Positions 1-9,404 of a stretch of DNA of 64,000 bases are shown here, piece after piece (positions within the stretch are counted from its first letter, which is position 1; each line of letters begins with the position of its first letter). The stretch lies in NCBI GenBank assembly GCA_017609205.1, contig JAFCEL010000001.1:439224-503223 (forward strand), in the 5' to 3' direction. Under the pieces are notes generated by a model. The model saw only the letters and a program-made list of their open reading frames with translations. It was not told where the DNA came from and made no database searches. The DNA comes from Candidatus Pacearchaeota archaeon (GTDB lineage Archaea > Nanobdellota > Nanobdellia > Pacearchaeales > GW2011-AR1). The position numbers and the translations under genes were made by a program.

Positions 1-10
1 TGCGTTATCC

Positions 11-811
11 TTAGTCTATTTCTTCTACCCACCATTCCAATTCAGGGATTTCTTTATTGATTTCTTTTGCTTTGCAATATCCTTTTGCTAGCAAATAAAA
101 AATCAATCCCAGGCTTTTTTCACTTTTATTATTCCCAATTATCACACAATCAGCTCCTTTTGAAAAATTATTTGTGTCACATATCATTAGAACTTTTTTG
201 TGAACTTTAAGGGTATCGTTTAGTGCATTTTTGTCAATCCAAGAGTCTGTTATAATTGTTAATTCATTCTCGAAGAAATCAGGAAGTTGGATATTTGTTA
301 GGATTCCTGCAGGGTATTTCTTCAAAAAGACCCGTATTCCTGTTAATTCTCCAAATTTCCTTGCTGCTTTCCATCCTGCTTGTCTTTTACAGACTAAGAT
401 GACATCTTCGGGATTAAATTTGGATAAGAATTCAATACCTTCTTTTAATTTTTCATCAATTAAGTTAGTGTTGAATATTGCAAGTCCATCTGCTCTACGT
501 CGGTAAACAAAAGGTCTCATGTCAGGTGTAACAACTTTTGTCCCAAGATAGATTCCTGCCTTGACATATTCATCAAGGGGAAGAAGCATGTCAGTTTTCT
601 TTTTTGCTTTAACTTTTTCCTTTAATTCTTCTGTTTTTGTCTCCTCAACTTTTTCTTTTAATTTAGCAACCTTCTCTAAAATCTTTTTTTTCTTTTCTTC
701 TATTTCTTTAATCTTTTTCTCATCAGTTGATTCTGACTCAGCTTCTTTACTCAGCTTTTCATCTATTTGCTCGTTTTTCTCTTCGGTAGTTTCTTTTTTC
801 TTTTTTGGCAT
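11..811 (-). CDS. rpsB: 30S ribosomal protein S2 (uS2) with ~75-aa Lys/Glu-rich N-terminal extension
   Basis: Core matches archaeal S2 (LLPLDEYVKAGIYLG...ICDTNN...IIGNNKS). The N-terminal KE-rich low-complexity region is free of stops. An alternative internal start is at the Met near 589. Confidence 0.85.
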   Translation of the reverse strand: MPKKKKETTEEKNEQIDEKLSKEAESESTDEKKIKEIEEKKKKILEKVAKLKEKVEETKTEELKEKVKAKKKTDMLLPLDEYVKAGIYLGTKVVTPDMRPFVYRRRADGLAIFNTNLIDEKLKEGIEFLSKFNPEDVILVCKRQAGWKAARKFGELTGIRVFLKKYPAGILTNIQLPDFFENELTIITDSWIDKNALNDTLKVHKKVLMICDTNNFSKGADCVIIGNNKSEKSLGLIFYLLAKGYCKAKEINKEIPELEWWVEEID

Positions 812-883
812 AAGAATTTAGAGAGGAGTTGGTTTTTAAAATTTGTGATAAGAATCTTGAGCGACATAAAAAGGGTTTATTAA

Positions 884-2071
884 TCAATCCTTTGCAGAAT
901 GAGTGATTTCTTTTTCAATTTCAATTAATCTTTTTAGTTTTACTTCTCGTTCGAGTCCATCAATTCCACATTTGAAGAAATCAGCACCAAAACCGACGGC
1001 TAAATCAGCGAGAATGTTCTCTTTTGTTTCTCCGCTTCTGTGAGAGAAGATGATCTTAATTTTATTTTTTTTAGCCAATTCACAAACATCCTTGACATTT
1101 AATAATGAGCCGCACTGGTTAGGTTTTACAATAACACCTTTAATGCTTTTTGTCTCGATTGCTTTTTTTAGTCTTTTTGTATCTGTTACAGTTAAATCAT
1201 CTCCGACGATTAGTTTGTCTGGGAATCTTTTGAATAGTTTTGCAAAGCTTTCAAAATCTTCTTCTTCAAAAGGATCTTCAATATAGAATAAATCAAAGTT
1301 TTTTATCAAATTAGAAAGGTATTCTAATTGTTCTTCTTTTGTTCTTTTTAATGCTGGGTTCTTATAATGATATTTCTTTCTTTTATAAAAACTCGATGAA
1401 GCGATATCTGTTCCAATAGGGACTTTCTCTTTTTTTAATATCTCAAAAACCTCTTTTTCATTAAGACTTGTAATCCATGCGTTTTCATCGTTCTTTTTCT
1501 CATTAAAATTTTTATCTGCTCTTTTTAATTCAATTATTAGGTCCTCTTTTATTTTTTTGTTTTTTTCAAAGGATTTTTTTACTGATTTTAGGTCTGGAAT
1601 TAACAAGAACTCTTGGAAATCTGGTTTTTTTTCAGTCGAAGAATGTTTCCCCCCGCCTATACAGTTCCCAATCAACCTTGGGAGTTTCATTTTTCTAGGT
1701 TCTATAAAATTAATTATCTCCCAGATTTCTCTTTTTTGTTCTGCTGCAATAGCCTTTAGAATTGCGGATTCCAATGCAAAGAGGGTATTGGCACCTATAT
1801 GTCCATCAACGATGTCTTCTATTCTTCTTAGGTCTTTAAAGTTTTCAATGATTTCCTCTGAAAAATAATCGGAGAATTTTTGTAGTGTTTTTATGTCCTC
1901 TTCGAGATTTTTTTTATAGGGTTTTATTTCGTGTCTTCCAGTTGACTTTCCATTAGGAGCAGATGCAGAAAATTCTCCAACATTTGTTTTGATTGTAACA
2001 TAGATTGTTTTTTCTTTGCGAGAATCCTTAATTGACTTGGTAGATACTTTATTTATTACCACCATAAACAA
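884..2071 (-). CDS. eno: enolase
   Basis: SHRSGETKENILADLAVG motif. Typical rpoK-eno-rps2 archaeal cluster. Confidence 0.9.
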   Translation of the reverse strand: MFMVVINKVSTKSIKDSRKEKTIYVTIKTNVGEFSASAPNGKSTGRHEIKPYKKNLEEDIKTLQKFSDYFSEEIIENFKDLRRIEDIVDGHIGANTLFALESAILKAIAAEQKREIWEIINFIEPRKMKLPRLIGNCIGGGKHSSTEKKPDFQEFLLIPDLKSVKKSFEKNKKIKEDLIIELKRADKNFNEKKNDENAWITSLNEKEVFEILKKEKVPIGTDIASSSFYKRKKYHYKNPALKRTKEEQLEYLSNLIKNFDLFYIEDPFEEEDFESFAKLFKRFPDKLIVGDDLTVTDTKRLKKAIETKSIKGVIVKPNQCGSLLNVKDVCELAKKNKIKIIFSHRSGETKENILADLAVGFGADFFKCGIDGLEREVKLKRLIEIEKEITHSAKD

Positions 2072-2259
2072 AAAATGGAGAAGAGTTTAAAATGGTTTTG
2101 TTTGTGCGAGGATAGGTCGTTGGATTTGGTCAGATGATGAATTAAAATTATTGAAAGATGTTTTAGTGGAAAAAACAATAGATGATATATAAAAAAGGGA
2201 TCGAATCTTTTGGTTTTTATTATCTTAATAATGTCTAGAATTAAGGATAAACATTGGAC

Positions 2260-2634
2260 TCACTCTTCTATACTCTCTTCAGAATTTTCCTCTTCTCCTT
2301 CGTCTTCGGGGTTTGCAAGAGCCATAATTTCTCCTTCTCTTGCGATTTCCTCTTCTTCCTCAATTTCTTTCATTTCCTTTTCTTTATCACTTATTCTTTT
2401 CTCAATAGAGCGTTTTAGTTTATCTTCTTTCTTTTTTGGAAATGGTTTTTTAACAGAAATAGGAAGGACGTTTGAATTAAATTCAATTTCTGCAATTTTT
2501 AATGCATCAAATTTTATTTTTTCTAAATCTTCATTTGAAATCTTAATTAGCAATGGAGCATTCATTGCAATTTGTAACGCCCTTGCTCCGATAATTCTCG
2601 CTTGCTCATATCTTGTAAATTCTTGAGGATCCAT
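2260..2634 (-). CDS. rpoK: DNA-directed RNA polymerase subunit K (Rpb6 homolog) with acidic C-terminal tail
   Basis: TRYEQARIIGARALQIAMNAPL motif, with eno-rps2 neighbours. Confidence 0.8.
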   Translation of the reverse strand: MDPQEFTRYEQARIIGARALQIAMNAPLLIKISNEDLEKIKFDALKIAEIEFNSNVLPISVKKPFPKKKEDKLKRSIEKRISDKEKEMKEIEEEEEIAREGEIMALANPEDEGEEENSEESIEE

Positions 2635-2635
2635 T

Positions 2636-2851
2636 TTATCTAAGTGCGATCATCACTTCTATTTTTTTACTTGAAGGGTTGTGTTTAGCCAAGGATTTTA
2701 GAAGACCTTTGCAACAAATAATTTCGTCCTGTTTAATTATCCCATTGTCTCCTTGTTTAGAATATTCATATAATTGGTTCTCTATTGTAACATATTCTTT
2801 TCCGTCTTTCTTGTCTTTTACTTTTTTGATATACATGTGGTAGATTTCCAT
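2636..2851 (-). CDS. hypothetical small protein (71 aa)
   Basis: ORF only. It sits between rrp42 and rpoK where L37ae/RpoP usually lie, but it lacks their C4 zinc ribbon. Confidence 0.3.
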   Translation of the reverse strand: MEIYHMYIKKVKDKKDGKEYVTIENQLYEYSKQGDNGIIKQDEIICCKGLLKSLAKHNPSSKKIEVMIALR

Positions 2852-2852
2852 T

Positions 2853-3662
2853 TTATTCTAAAAATTTTTCAATCTTTTTAAATATATTTTTCCAGGATTT
2901 TTTGACAATTTCCAGAATTTTTTCCATCTCTTCAAAACTTAATGGAGCTGAATTGCCTTTTTGTATTGAAGATATAATTCCGTCTGAAAAACCAATTGTA
3001 ACTCTTGCTTCGCTTAAATCTTCTTCCTCTTGTGTTGGGTCAATTATTATGTTATCTCCAATTTTGTGAGCAGTAATTGCAATAGGAATATTGTCTGATA
3101 GTGGAAGTTTTTTGTCTGTCAGCTCTCCAAAGACTATTTGCTCGTTTTTCTCATCATATTTTGGGAATCGTGCATTTTTAAGAGCGATAATTGCACCGAT
3201 TCCTGCGGCGTCCATTAGATTGCCATCATTATTTATTGAGTAAATATCTATAAAGATTGTCCAAACTTTCTCCCCTTCTTTAATGCATAGTTTCTCAAAG
3301 TCAATAACCTTGCTTTCTCTTATTCCTCTGTCAATAACTCTGCTTAGTTCAATTGCTTCAAATCTTGGAGGACCAGGTTCAAATCTTGGAGAGCTAAGAG
3401 GGGTTAATTCTGCGGTTGTCATTAAGTTTCCTTTATTAGGAGAATCTGCGTAAGGTGTTCCAATTCCCATTTTAATGCCGACGATAACTTCTGTTTTTCC
3501 AATTCGAACCCTGCATGAACCTTCTGCTTTTTTAGATACTCCAACTTCTATTTCAATTTTTCTCAACTCATCAAGTTTTCTTCCATCGAATCTTTTACCC
3601 TGTGCTAAATATTGTTTTATTCTTTCTCCAGTTATTTCTGATGTTGTTTGAAACTTATCCAT
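2853..3662 (-). CDS. rrp42: exosome complex component Rrp42 (RNase PH-like, inactive subunit)
   Basis: RNase PH-fold sequence (RFDGRKLDELRKIEIEVGV) placed after rrp41. Confidence 0.8.
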   Translation of the reverse strand: MDKFQTTSEITGERIKQYLAQGKRFDGRKLDELRKIEIEVGVSKKAEGSCRVRIGKTEVIVGIKMGIGTPYADSPNKGNLMTTAELTPLSSPRFEPGPPRFEAIELSRVIDRGIRESKVIDFEKLCIKEGEKVWTIFIDIYSINNDGNLMDAAGIGAIIALKNARFPKYDEKNEQIVFGELTDKKLPLSDNIPIAITAHKIGDNIIIDPTQEEEDLSEARVTIGFSDGIISSIQKGNSAPLSFEEMEKILEIVKKSWKNIFKKIEKFLE

Positions 3663-4371
3663 TCTTTTTTACCTCCAGACTTTCTTTTAGGGCTTTTTTT
3701 TGAATTTCATAAATTTCTTTGCAAGCTTTTTTTGCCATTTTCATAACTTCCTTTAACTGGGTTGGTGTTATCTTACCATCAAGTTGTATATGAGTAATCT
3801 TTCCGTCAGATATCATTGATATAGGGATATCTGTTGCACCTTCTCCTTCTTCAAAATCTTCTTCTGCTTTATTTAAATCAACAACTAATGTTTTGTCAAG
3901 TTTTCCTAAGGCAACGCTTGAAACCATACCCTTCATTGGAATTCCTGCATGTGCAAGTGCCAAAGCAGCGGCATTAATTCCAGCACATCTTGTTCCAGCA
4001 TCTGCTTGAATTATCTGAATTGTAACATCAATAACCATATTTGGGAAATCTTTAATTAACAAGACTGGTTCGAGTGCCCACTCAATTATTTTGTCAATTT
4101 CCTGACTTCTTCTGTTTTTTCCAGGTCTTGCTCTGTCTGAGACAGAAAAGCTCATTAAGTTATAATTACATCTTAATTGTCCTGTTGAAGGGTCTTGTTG
4201 GTGTTGAGGATGCATTTTTTTAGGTCCATGTACTGCGGCGATTGCGATTGTATCTCCTTGTTTCCACATTGCACTTCCGTCTGCACTTGGAATAACACCT
4301 ACTTTAGCACTAATAGGACGCATTTCATCAAGTTTTCTTCCGTCTGGTCGTTTGAATTCTTTTGCAGCCAT
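3655..4371 (-). CDS. rrp41: exosome complex exonuclease Rrp41
   Basis: RPDGRKLDEMRPISAKVGV and GTRCAGINAAALALAHAGIPM RNase PH motifs. Confidence 0.85.
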   Translation of the reverse strand: MAAKEFKRPDGRKLDEMRPISAKVGVIPSADGSAMWKQGDTIAIAAVHGPKKMHPQHQQDPSTGQLRCNYNLMSFSVSDRARPGKNRRSQEIDKIIEWALEPVLLIKDFPNMVIDVTIQIIQADAGTRCAGINAAALALAHAGIPMKGMVSSVALGKLDKTLVVDLNKAEEDFEEGEGATDIPISMISDGKITHIQLDGKITPTQLKEVMKMAKKACKEIYEIQKKALKESLEVKKNG

Positions 4372-4407
4372 ATTATTCTCCTTCTGTTTTTGAAATTGTT
4401 TTTCTGT

Positions 4408-5091
4408 TCATTTTGTTTTTTCTTTGTTTTGTTCAAACCATTTTTCAACTTCTTCTGTTAATCCAGATAAATAGGATCTCTCTGCAATAAATAATATTGC
4501 TTTTTTTGAGAATAGTTCATCATCAATAGTTTCTCCTTTAATCCAGATAAAACCGTTCTGGCCAACTGTTATGTTGCATCTTGTTTTGTTTTTTATTAAA
4601 TTTATCATACTTCCTTCTCTCCCAATAATTCTTGGGACTTTATGGGGATTTATTTTAACTATCAGTCCTTCGTCGATTTTACCAAGTCCTCGTGATTTTA
4701 AACTCAAATCAATCCCTCTTTTATTTATGCTCCATATTTTAGCAACAACCATGTCTCCAATATCCATAAATTCGTCAAGTCCGTTTTTATTTACGTATCT
4801 TGGAACTTCTGTTAGGGATAAAAAGGCATTTTCAGGTGCATTTATATCAATAACCCATCCATTGAAAGTTATGTTCTCCACCTTACCAATAACTATGTTT
4901 CCTCTTCGGGGTTTATAAACACCTGATAATGGTATTACTTTTATAAGTTTATTGATTTCTTCTGCGAGCCCAAATCTAAGTGCAATAATTCCTTGGTCTG
5001 TTTTTTCTGTTCCTTCTCCAGGTAGGAAATCATCTCCTTTTGCAATTACTTCTCCAGGGATTACTACTTTTCTCTTATTTTCTGTTGCCAT
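4408..5091 (-). CDS. rrp4: exosome RNA-binding subunit Rrp4 (S1 + KH)
   Basis: VIPGEVIA N-terminus with S1/KH-like sequence, sitting between sdo1 and rrp41. Confidence 0.8.
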   Translation of the reverse strand: MATENKRKVVIPGEVIAKGDDFLPGEGTEKTDQGIIALRFGLAEEINKLIKVIPLSGVYKPRRGNIVIGKVENITFNGWVIDINAPENAFLSLTEVPRYVNKNGLDEFMDIGDMVVAKIWSINKRGIDLSLKSRGLGKIDEGLIVKINPHKVPRIIGREGSMINLIKNKTRCNITVGQNGFIWIKGETIDDELFSKKAILFIAERSYLSGLTEEVEKWFEQNKEKTK

Positions 5092-5295
5092 TTAATTAAG
5101 AACCTCCCTGCAAAAATCTTCTGGGTTTAAAATTATACGATAAAGATTCTTTGGGTCTTTTGAAAGCAGATAATTCATTGCTCTTATTACTTTTATGAGG
5201 TTTCTTCTAATAGGAGTCTCACTTTCTTCTATTAACCTTATTATAGTATTATTTAATTCTATTCTTTCATCCGCAAATTCTTCTAAATACATCAT
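5092..5295 (-). CDS. hypothetical small protein (67 aa) inside exosome superoperon
   Basis: ORF only. It lies between sdo1 and rrp4. Confidence 0.3.
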   Translation of the reverse strand: MMYLEEFADERIELNNTIIRLIEESETPIRRNLIKVIRAMNYLLSKDPKNLYRIILNPEDFCREVLN

Positions 5296-5296
5296 T

Positions 5297-5968
5297 TTAT
5301 TCTTTTATTTCTTCTGTTATAGCACTTCCATGCGTGATATTATTTAATTTATCGTAAAAGTCAATTATTATTCCAGATGGAACGTTCACGATGATTTCTA
5401 AACTCCCATCGTCGAGCCAATTTTCGCTTTCCTTATATTGTGATAATATTCCATATGCTTTCCCTGTGTGTACAGCAGGGATGTTTATCTTAATCTTCTT
5501 TGTTTCTAGTTTTATTGGAATAACTTTGCTGACTTCAACAAGAATGTCTTTAATCTGGTTTTCTATTGCAACATTCTTAATATTAATATGTGCTTGCTCA
5601 AGAGCATTTTTAATTCTTTCGGGTGTTAGGGGATTACCTGTTTGAGGATCAACAGCATTTTTAGAGAGAAATTCTACAATCTGTTTGAATTTTTTTTCCT
5701 GTTCTGAGTCGCGATATTCCTTTGTTAATTGCACTTCTCCTTCTTTTACAATCTTCTGGACGATTTCATTGATATCTGTTGTTCCAAATGCTTCTTTCAA
5801 ATCATTTGTTGATGGAACCTGTCCTTTTTTAGAATCAGTGAAGACCTTATCCCCTTCTGCTTCAATAAAGTTAGTTTCTCCTTTTTTGAATTTCAATGCC
5901 TCATCTAAATCAACAATAATCTCAAAATGTTTGCCTGCTCTTTTAATCCTTGCAATCGTATTAACCAT
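5297..5968 (-). CDS. sdo1: SBDS/Sdo1 ribosome maturation protein
   Basis: N-terminus ARIKRAGKHFEIIVDLDEALKFKKGE is typical of SBDS. Its position follows psmA. Confidence 0.8.
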   Translation of the reverse strand: MVNTIARIKRAGKHFEIIVDLDEALKFKKGETNFIEAEGDKVFTDSKKGQVPSTNDLKEAFGTTDINEIVQKIVKEGEVQLTKEYRDSEQEKKFKQIVEFLSKNAVDPQTGNPLTPERIKNALEQAHINIKNVAIENQIKDILVEVSKVIPIKLETKKIKINIPAVHTGKAYGILSQYKESENWLDDGSLEIIVNVPSGIIIDFYDKLNNITHGSAITEEIKE

Positions 5969-6687
5969 TATAATCCTTTAATCTCTTTTCCTTCTAGTCT
6001 TTTAATTTTCATTTCGTTTTTGTTAATATAAGCAAGTTCAAAGTTCTCAATGTTAAAATCTTTTTCTTTAATTTTTTCAAATATCTCGAGAGCAATTTTA
6101 ACACCTTGTTTTATTGTTAAGTCTTTTTTGTATTTTTCTCTTAATATCTCTTTTATTCTTTCATCATCCTCTCCTATTGCATTTGCATAATAGGATTGGT
6201 AATTTCCTGTTACATCGCTTACATATATTGAAGGTTTTCTGTTGTTAATTCCTGCAAGCATCATTGACACTCCAAAAGGTCTTGCACCCCCGTATTGTGT
6301 AAATTGTTGTTTAATGTTGGAGATTTCTTTTATTATCAGTTCAGGTTCTATTGGAGAGTCATATGTGATTTTATTTTGTTGGGCAACGATTTGTGCTCTT
6401 TCAATTAGGACTCTTGCATCAGCTACAATTCCTGCAACACTTGCAATAAGATGTGAGTCAATTTCAGAGATTCTTGATGAAGATTCTTTTATTATTAATT
6501 TATCTCTTATTCTTTTGTCAGCAATAATAAAGACTCCATCAACACATATCATCCCAATACTTGTTGTTCCAAGCCTGACAGTTTTTTCAGCATATTCTAC
6601 TTGTAATAAATGCCCTTCTGGCGAGAACATAGTTGCTGTTCTATCATAACCCATTGCTTGATGCTGTATTTCTGTAGATATATCCAT
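5968..6687 (-). CDS. psmA: proteasome alpha subunit
   Basis: GYDRTATMFSPEGHLLQVEYA motif. Confidence 0.9.
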   Translation of the reverse strand: MDISTEIQHQAMGYDRTATMFSPEGHLLQVEYAEKTVRLGTTSIGMICVDGVFIIADKRIRDKLIIKESSSRISEIDSHLIASVAGIVADARVLIERAQIVAQQNKITYDSPIEPELIIKEISNIKQQFTQYGGARPFGVSMMLAGINNRKPSIYVSDVTGNYQSYYANAIGEDDERIKEILREKYKKDLTIKQGVKIALEIFEKIKEKDFNIENFELAYINKNEMKIKRLEGKEIKGL

Positions 6688-6786
6688 TATATTTAGAGAA
6701 ATTGATAATATTTAATTTTTTTCTCTACTTGATTCAGGACTTAGAATAGGGGTTGATTTAAAAGTTTTTTGGTTACTGTTAATTGT

Positions 6787-7065
6787 CTATTTCTCTTTAT
6801 TTCTTAATCCCTTTAAAGTCCCACTTACTTTTATAACCTCTATTTTTTCAGGCCAAGTACATAATGATGCTCGGATAGAATCAACCATTTCGCGATTAAC
6901 ACAAATGATAGCAGAATTTGCGCTTGATTTTATCCAGCTCAAACCACATTTTGACATCCCAAGAACACCTATAAAATCAAGAATTGCTCTTTCTATTTCT
7001 TTGGTTTTACCTTTTATTAAGAGATATCTTTTTTTCTCACGGGCAGAAGGTTTGAGTGGTTTCAT
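6787..7065 (-). CDS. rnp2: RNase P protein component 2 (Pop5 homolog)
   Basis: MKPLKPSAREKKRYLL N-terminus. Its position upstream of psmA matches the conserved archaeal superoperon. Confidence 0.55.
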   Translation of the reverse strand: MKPLKPSAREKKRYLLIKGKTKEIERAILDFIGVLGMSKCGLSWIKSSANSAIICVNREMVDSIRASLCTWPEKIEVIKVSGTLKGLRNKEK

Positions 7066-7124
7066 ACGATAAAATATATTTTGAAGAATATAAATGTTTT
7101 TAATAAGTTTTTGTTGGGAATGGA

Positions 7125-7400
7125 ATGGAAAAATTAAATGAGAGAAGATTGAAGGATTCTGTTAATGAGCTTTCTTCCTTTTGTTTGGAATGTTATCAGA
7201 ATGGAAGAGGGTCACATCTTTCTTTTGAAGATTCATTGAGGATTATCGAGCTTTTTAGAGATGCCTATATCTCTTCGGGGAATTCTAGCACTCCATCTGC
7301 AGAAGATATACAGCGAGCTTATTTTGCTCACACTCGTGGATGCAGATTCAGGGAAACTATGCATGAAATCTTAACAGGCAAACCTCATCCTTTTTTCTAA
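7125..7400 (+). CDS. hypothetical protein (91 aa, Cys-containing)
   Basis: ORF only. Local GC looks higher than its surroundings. Confidence 0.35.
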   Translation: MEKLNERRLKDSVNELSSFCLECYQNGRGSHLSFEDSLRIIELFRDAYISSGNSSTPSAEDIQRAYFAHTRGCRFRETMHEILTGKPHPFF

Positions 7401-7443
7401 AAACATATTTAAACTGTGTTTAATATTTTAATAAAAAGAAGGA

Positions 7444-8802
7444 TTGATTTATAGAATGAAGATACATACAATTGGAGGTTATAACGAGGTTGGGAAAAAT
7501 ATGACAATAGTTGAAATTGATGATGATGCTATTGTTTTGGATTCTGGATTTTTCATGCCTGCGATTGTTGAGATGCAGGAGGAAGAGAACCAAAAACATC
7601 AGGAATATTCTGAAAAAAAGTTAAGGGCAAATGGAGCACTTCCTGACGATATTCTTGTAGAAAAACTTGGATTGAGAAGTAAGGTAAGAGCAATACTCCT
7701 TGGGCATGCACATCTTGACCATATTGGAGCAATTCCTTACACTTCTTATCGCTATAATGCTCCTGTTGTCGGAACGCCGTTTACAATTTCTGTTCTTAAA
7801 AAAATAATGGATGATGCGAAAATTAGGATCCCAAATAGGGTTTTATCTGTAAATCCTAACTCTTCTTTTATTATCAAGGGAAAGAAGAGGTCTTATAAGG
7901 CAGAATTTGTGAATATTACTCACTCAACACCTCAAACTTCAATGATTGCTATTCATACCCCAGAAGGGATTGTGCTTTATGCAAATGATTTTAAGATTGA
8001 TAATACTCCTGTTCTTGGACTTCCTCCGAATTATACTGCATTAAAGAAAATTGCAAAGCAAGGGGTAAAGGTGATGATAGTGGATTCTCTTTATTCAGGC
8101 GATAATAGAAAAACACCTTCAGAAAAAGTTGCAAGGGCATTAGTTGAGGAGGTTTTGTTAACAATTAAGAATGAGAAAAATGCTGTTTTTGTTTCAACTT
8201 TTTCATCGCATATAGCAAGGATAAAGAGTATAGTAGATTTTTCAAAAAAACTTGGAAGAGATGTTTATGTTATTGGAAGGAGTATGAACAAATATATATC
8301 TTCTGCAAATGAGGTTGGCATCTGTCCTTTTAAGAAAGATATCCAACTTGGAAGTTACAAGAAGAGGGTGGAGTCTATTCTTAGGAAGGTTAGCAAAAAC
8401 AGGCAGAATTCTCTTGTTATATGCACAGGTCACCAAGGAGAACCAGGAAGCATTCTTGATAGATTATCAAGGAAGAAGTTACCTTTTGAGTTTAAGCAAG
8501 GAGATAATGTTATTTTTTCTTCAAAGACAATCCCTGTTCCAGTAAATATTGCAAATAAAGAGAATCTTGATAAGAGATTGAAGAAATCTGGGGTTAGAAT
8601 CTTTGATGATGTTCATGTTTCTGGGCATGGAGGAAGAGAGGATTTGAGAGATATAATTTCAATTATAAATCCTGAGCATATAATACCTTCTCATGGGTCT
8701 ACACAGCAGTTAACACCTTTGCTTGAACTTGCAAAAGAAATGGGTTATCGTGCAGGAACAAATTGCCATCTTCTTCATGATGGTCAATCTATAAAATTAT
8801 AG
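7444..8802 (+). CDS. rnj: RNase J-like metallo-beta-lactamase/beta-CASP ribonuclease
   Basis: LLGHAHLDHIGAIPY MBL motif, and no KH domains. Confidence 0.8.
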   Translation: MIYRMKIHTIGGYNEVGKNMTIVEIDDDAIVLDSGFFMPAIVEMQEEENQKHQEYSEKKLRANGALPDDILVEKLGLRSKVRAILLGHAHLDHIGAIPYTSYRYNAPVVGTPFTISVLKKIMDDAKIRIPNRVLSVNPNSSFIIKGKKRSYKAEFVNITHSTPQTSMIAIHTPEGIVLYANDFKIDNTPVLGLPPNYTALKKIAKQGVKVMIVDSLYSGDNRKTPSEKVARALVEEVLLTIKNEKNAVFVSTFSSHIARIKSIVDFSKKLGRDVYVIGRSMNKYISSANEVGICPFKKDIQLGSYKKRVESILRKVSKNRQNSLVICTGHQGEPGSILDRLSRKKLPFEFKQGDNVIFSSKTIPVPVNIANKENLDKRLKKSGVRIFDDVHVSGHGGREDLRDIISIINPEHIIPSHGSTQQLTPLLELAKEMGYRAGTNCHLLHDGQSIKL

Positions 8803-8806
8803 TAAA

Positions 8807-9337
8807 ATGTATAGGCCAGCTGAGGATTCTTATTTGATGTCAAGTATTTTAAAAAAGGAAATACCAAAATTATTAGACAAGAATTTTGATTTGAAAGTGT
8901 TGGAGATAGGGGCAGGTTCTGGGGTTAATCTTAGGGTATTATCTGATTTAGGTGTCAAAAAAGAGAATATTTATTCTTGTGATATCGCCCCTGATGCTGT
9001 TAATCATTGCAGAGATCTTGGATTCAATTGCATAAAATCTGATCTGTTTGAAAAAATAACTAAAAAGTTTGATGTGATAATTTTTAACCCTCCTTATCTC
9101 CCTGAAGATAAGGCAGAGCCAGAGGATTCTAAGGTTGCAACAACTGGTGGAGAAAAGGGAGGTGAAGTTATTAATAGGTTTTTAAGGCAGGCAAGGAATC
9201 ACTTAGTTATTAATGGAAGGATTTTTTTGATTACAAGTTCCTTGACTAAGGGAATTAATTGGTTGGATTATGAGAAGAGTATATTGGCAAGGAAGAAATT
9301 ATTTTTTGAAGAGCTTTATGTTTGGAGGCTTAAATAG
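8807..9337 (+). CDS. HemK/Mtq2-like N5-glutamine (NPPY) methyltransferase
   Basis: SAM motif VLEIGAGSG and the IIFNPPYLP motif. Confidence 0.6.
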   Translation: MYRPAEDSYLMSSILKKEIPKLLDKNFDLKVLEIGAGSGVNLRVLSDLGVKKENIYSCDIAPDAVNHCRDLGFNCIKSDLFEKITKKFDVIIFNPPYLPEDKAEPEDSKVATTGGEKGGEVINRFLRQARNHLVINGRIFLITSSLTKGINWLDYEKSILARKKLFFEELYVWRLK

Positions 9338-9404
9338 AACCTCTTCTTAAAATTTTATACTTCATTATAATCAATTTTATATACCAAGTCCTTTTTGAAT
9401 TTCT

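Noticed and set aside
231-821. Numerous antisense ORFs inside confident genes (e.g. 231..506, 561..821, 4571..4918, 6242..6649)
   Set aside because: They lie opposite well-supported genes and are hydrophobic or low-complexity artefacts of AT-rich sequence.
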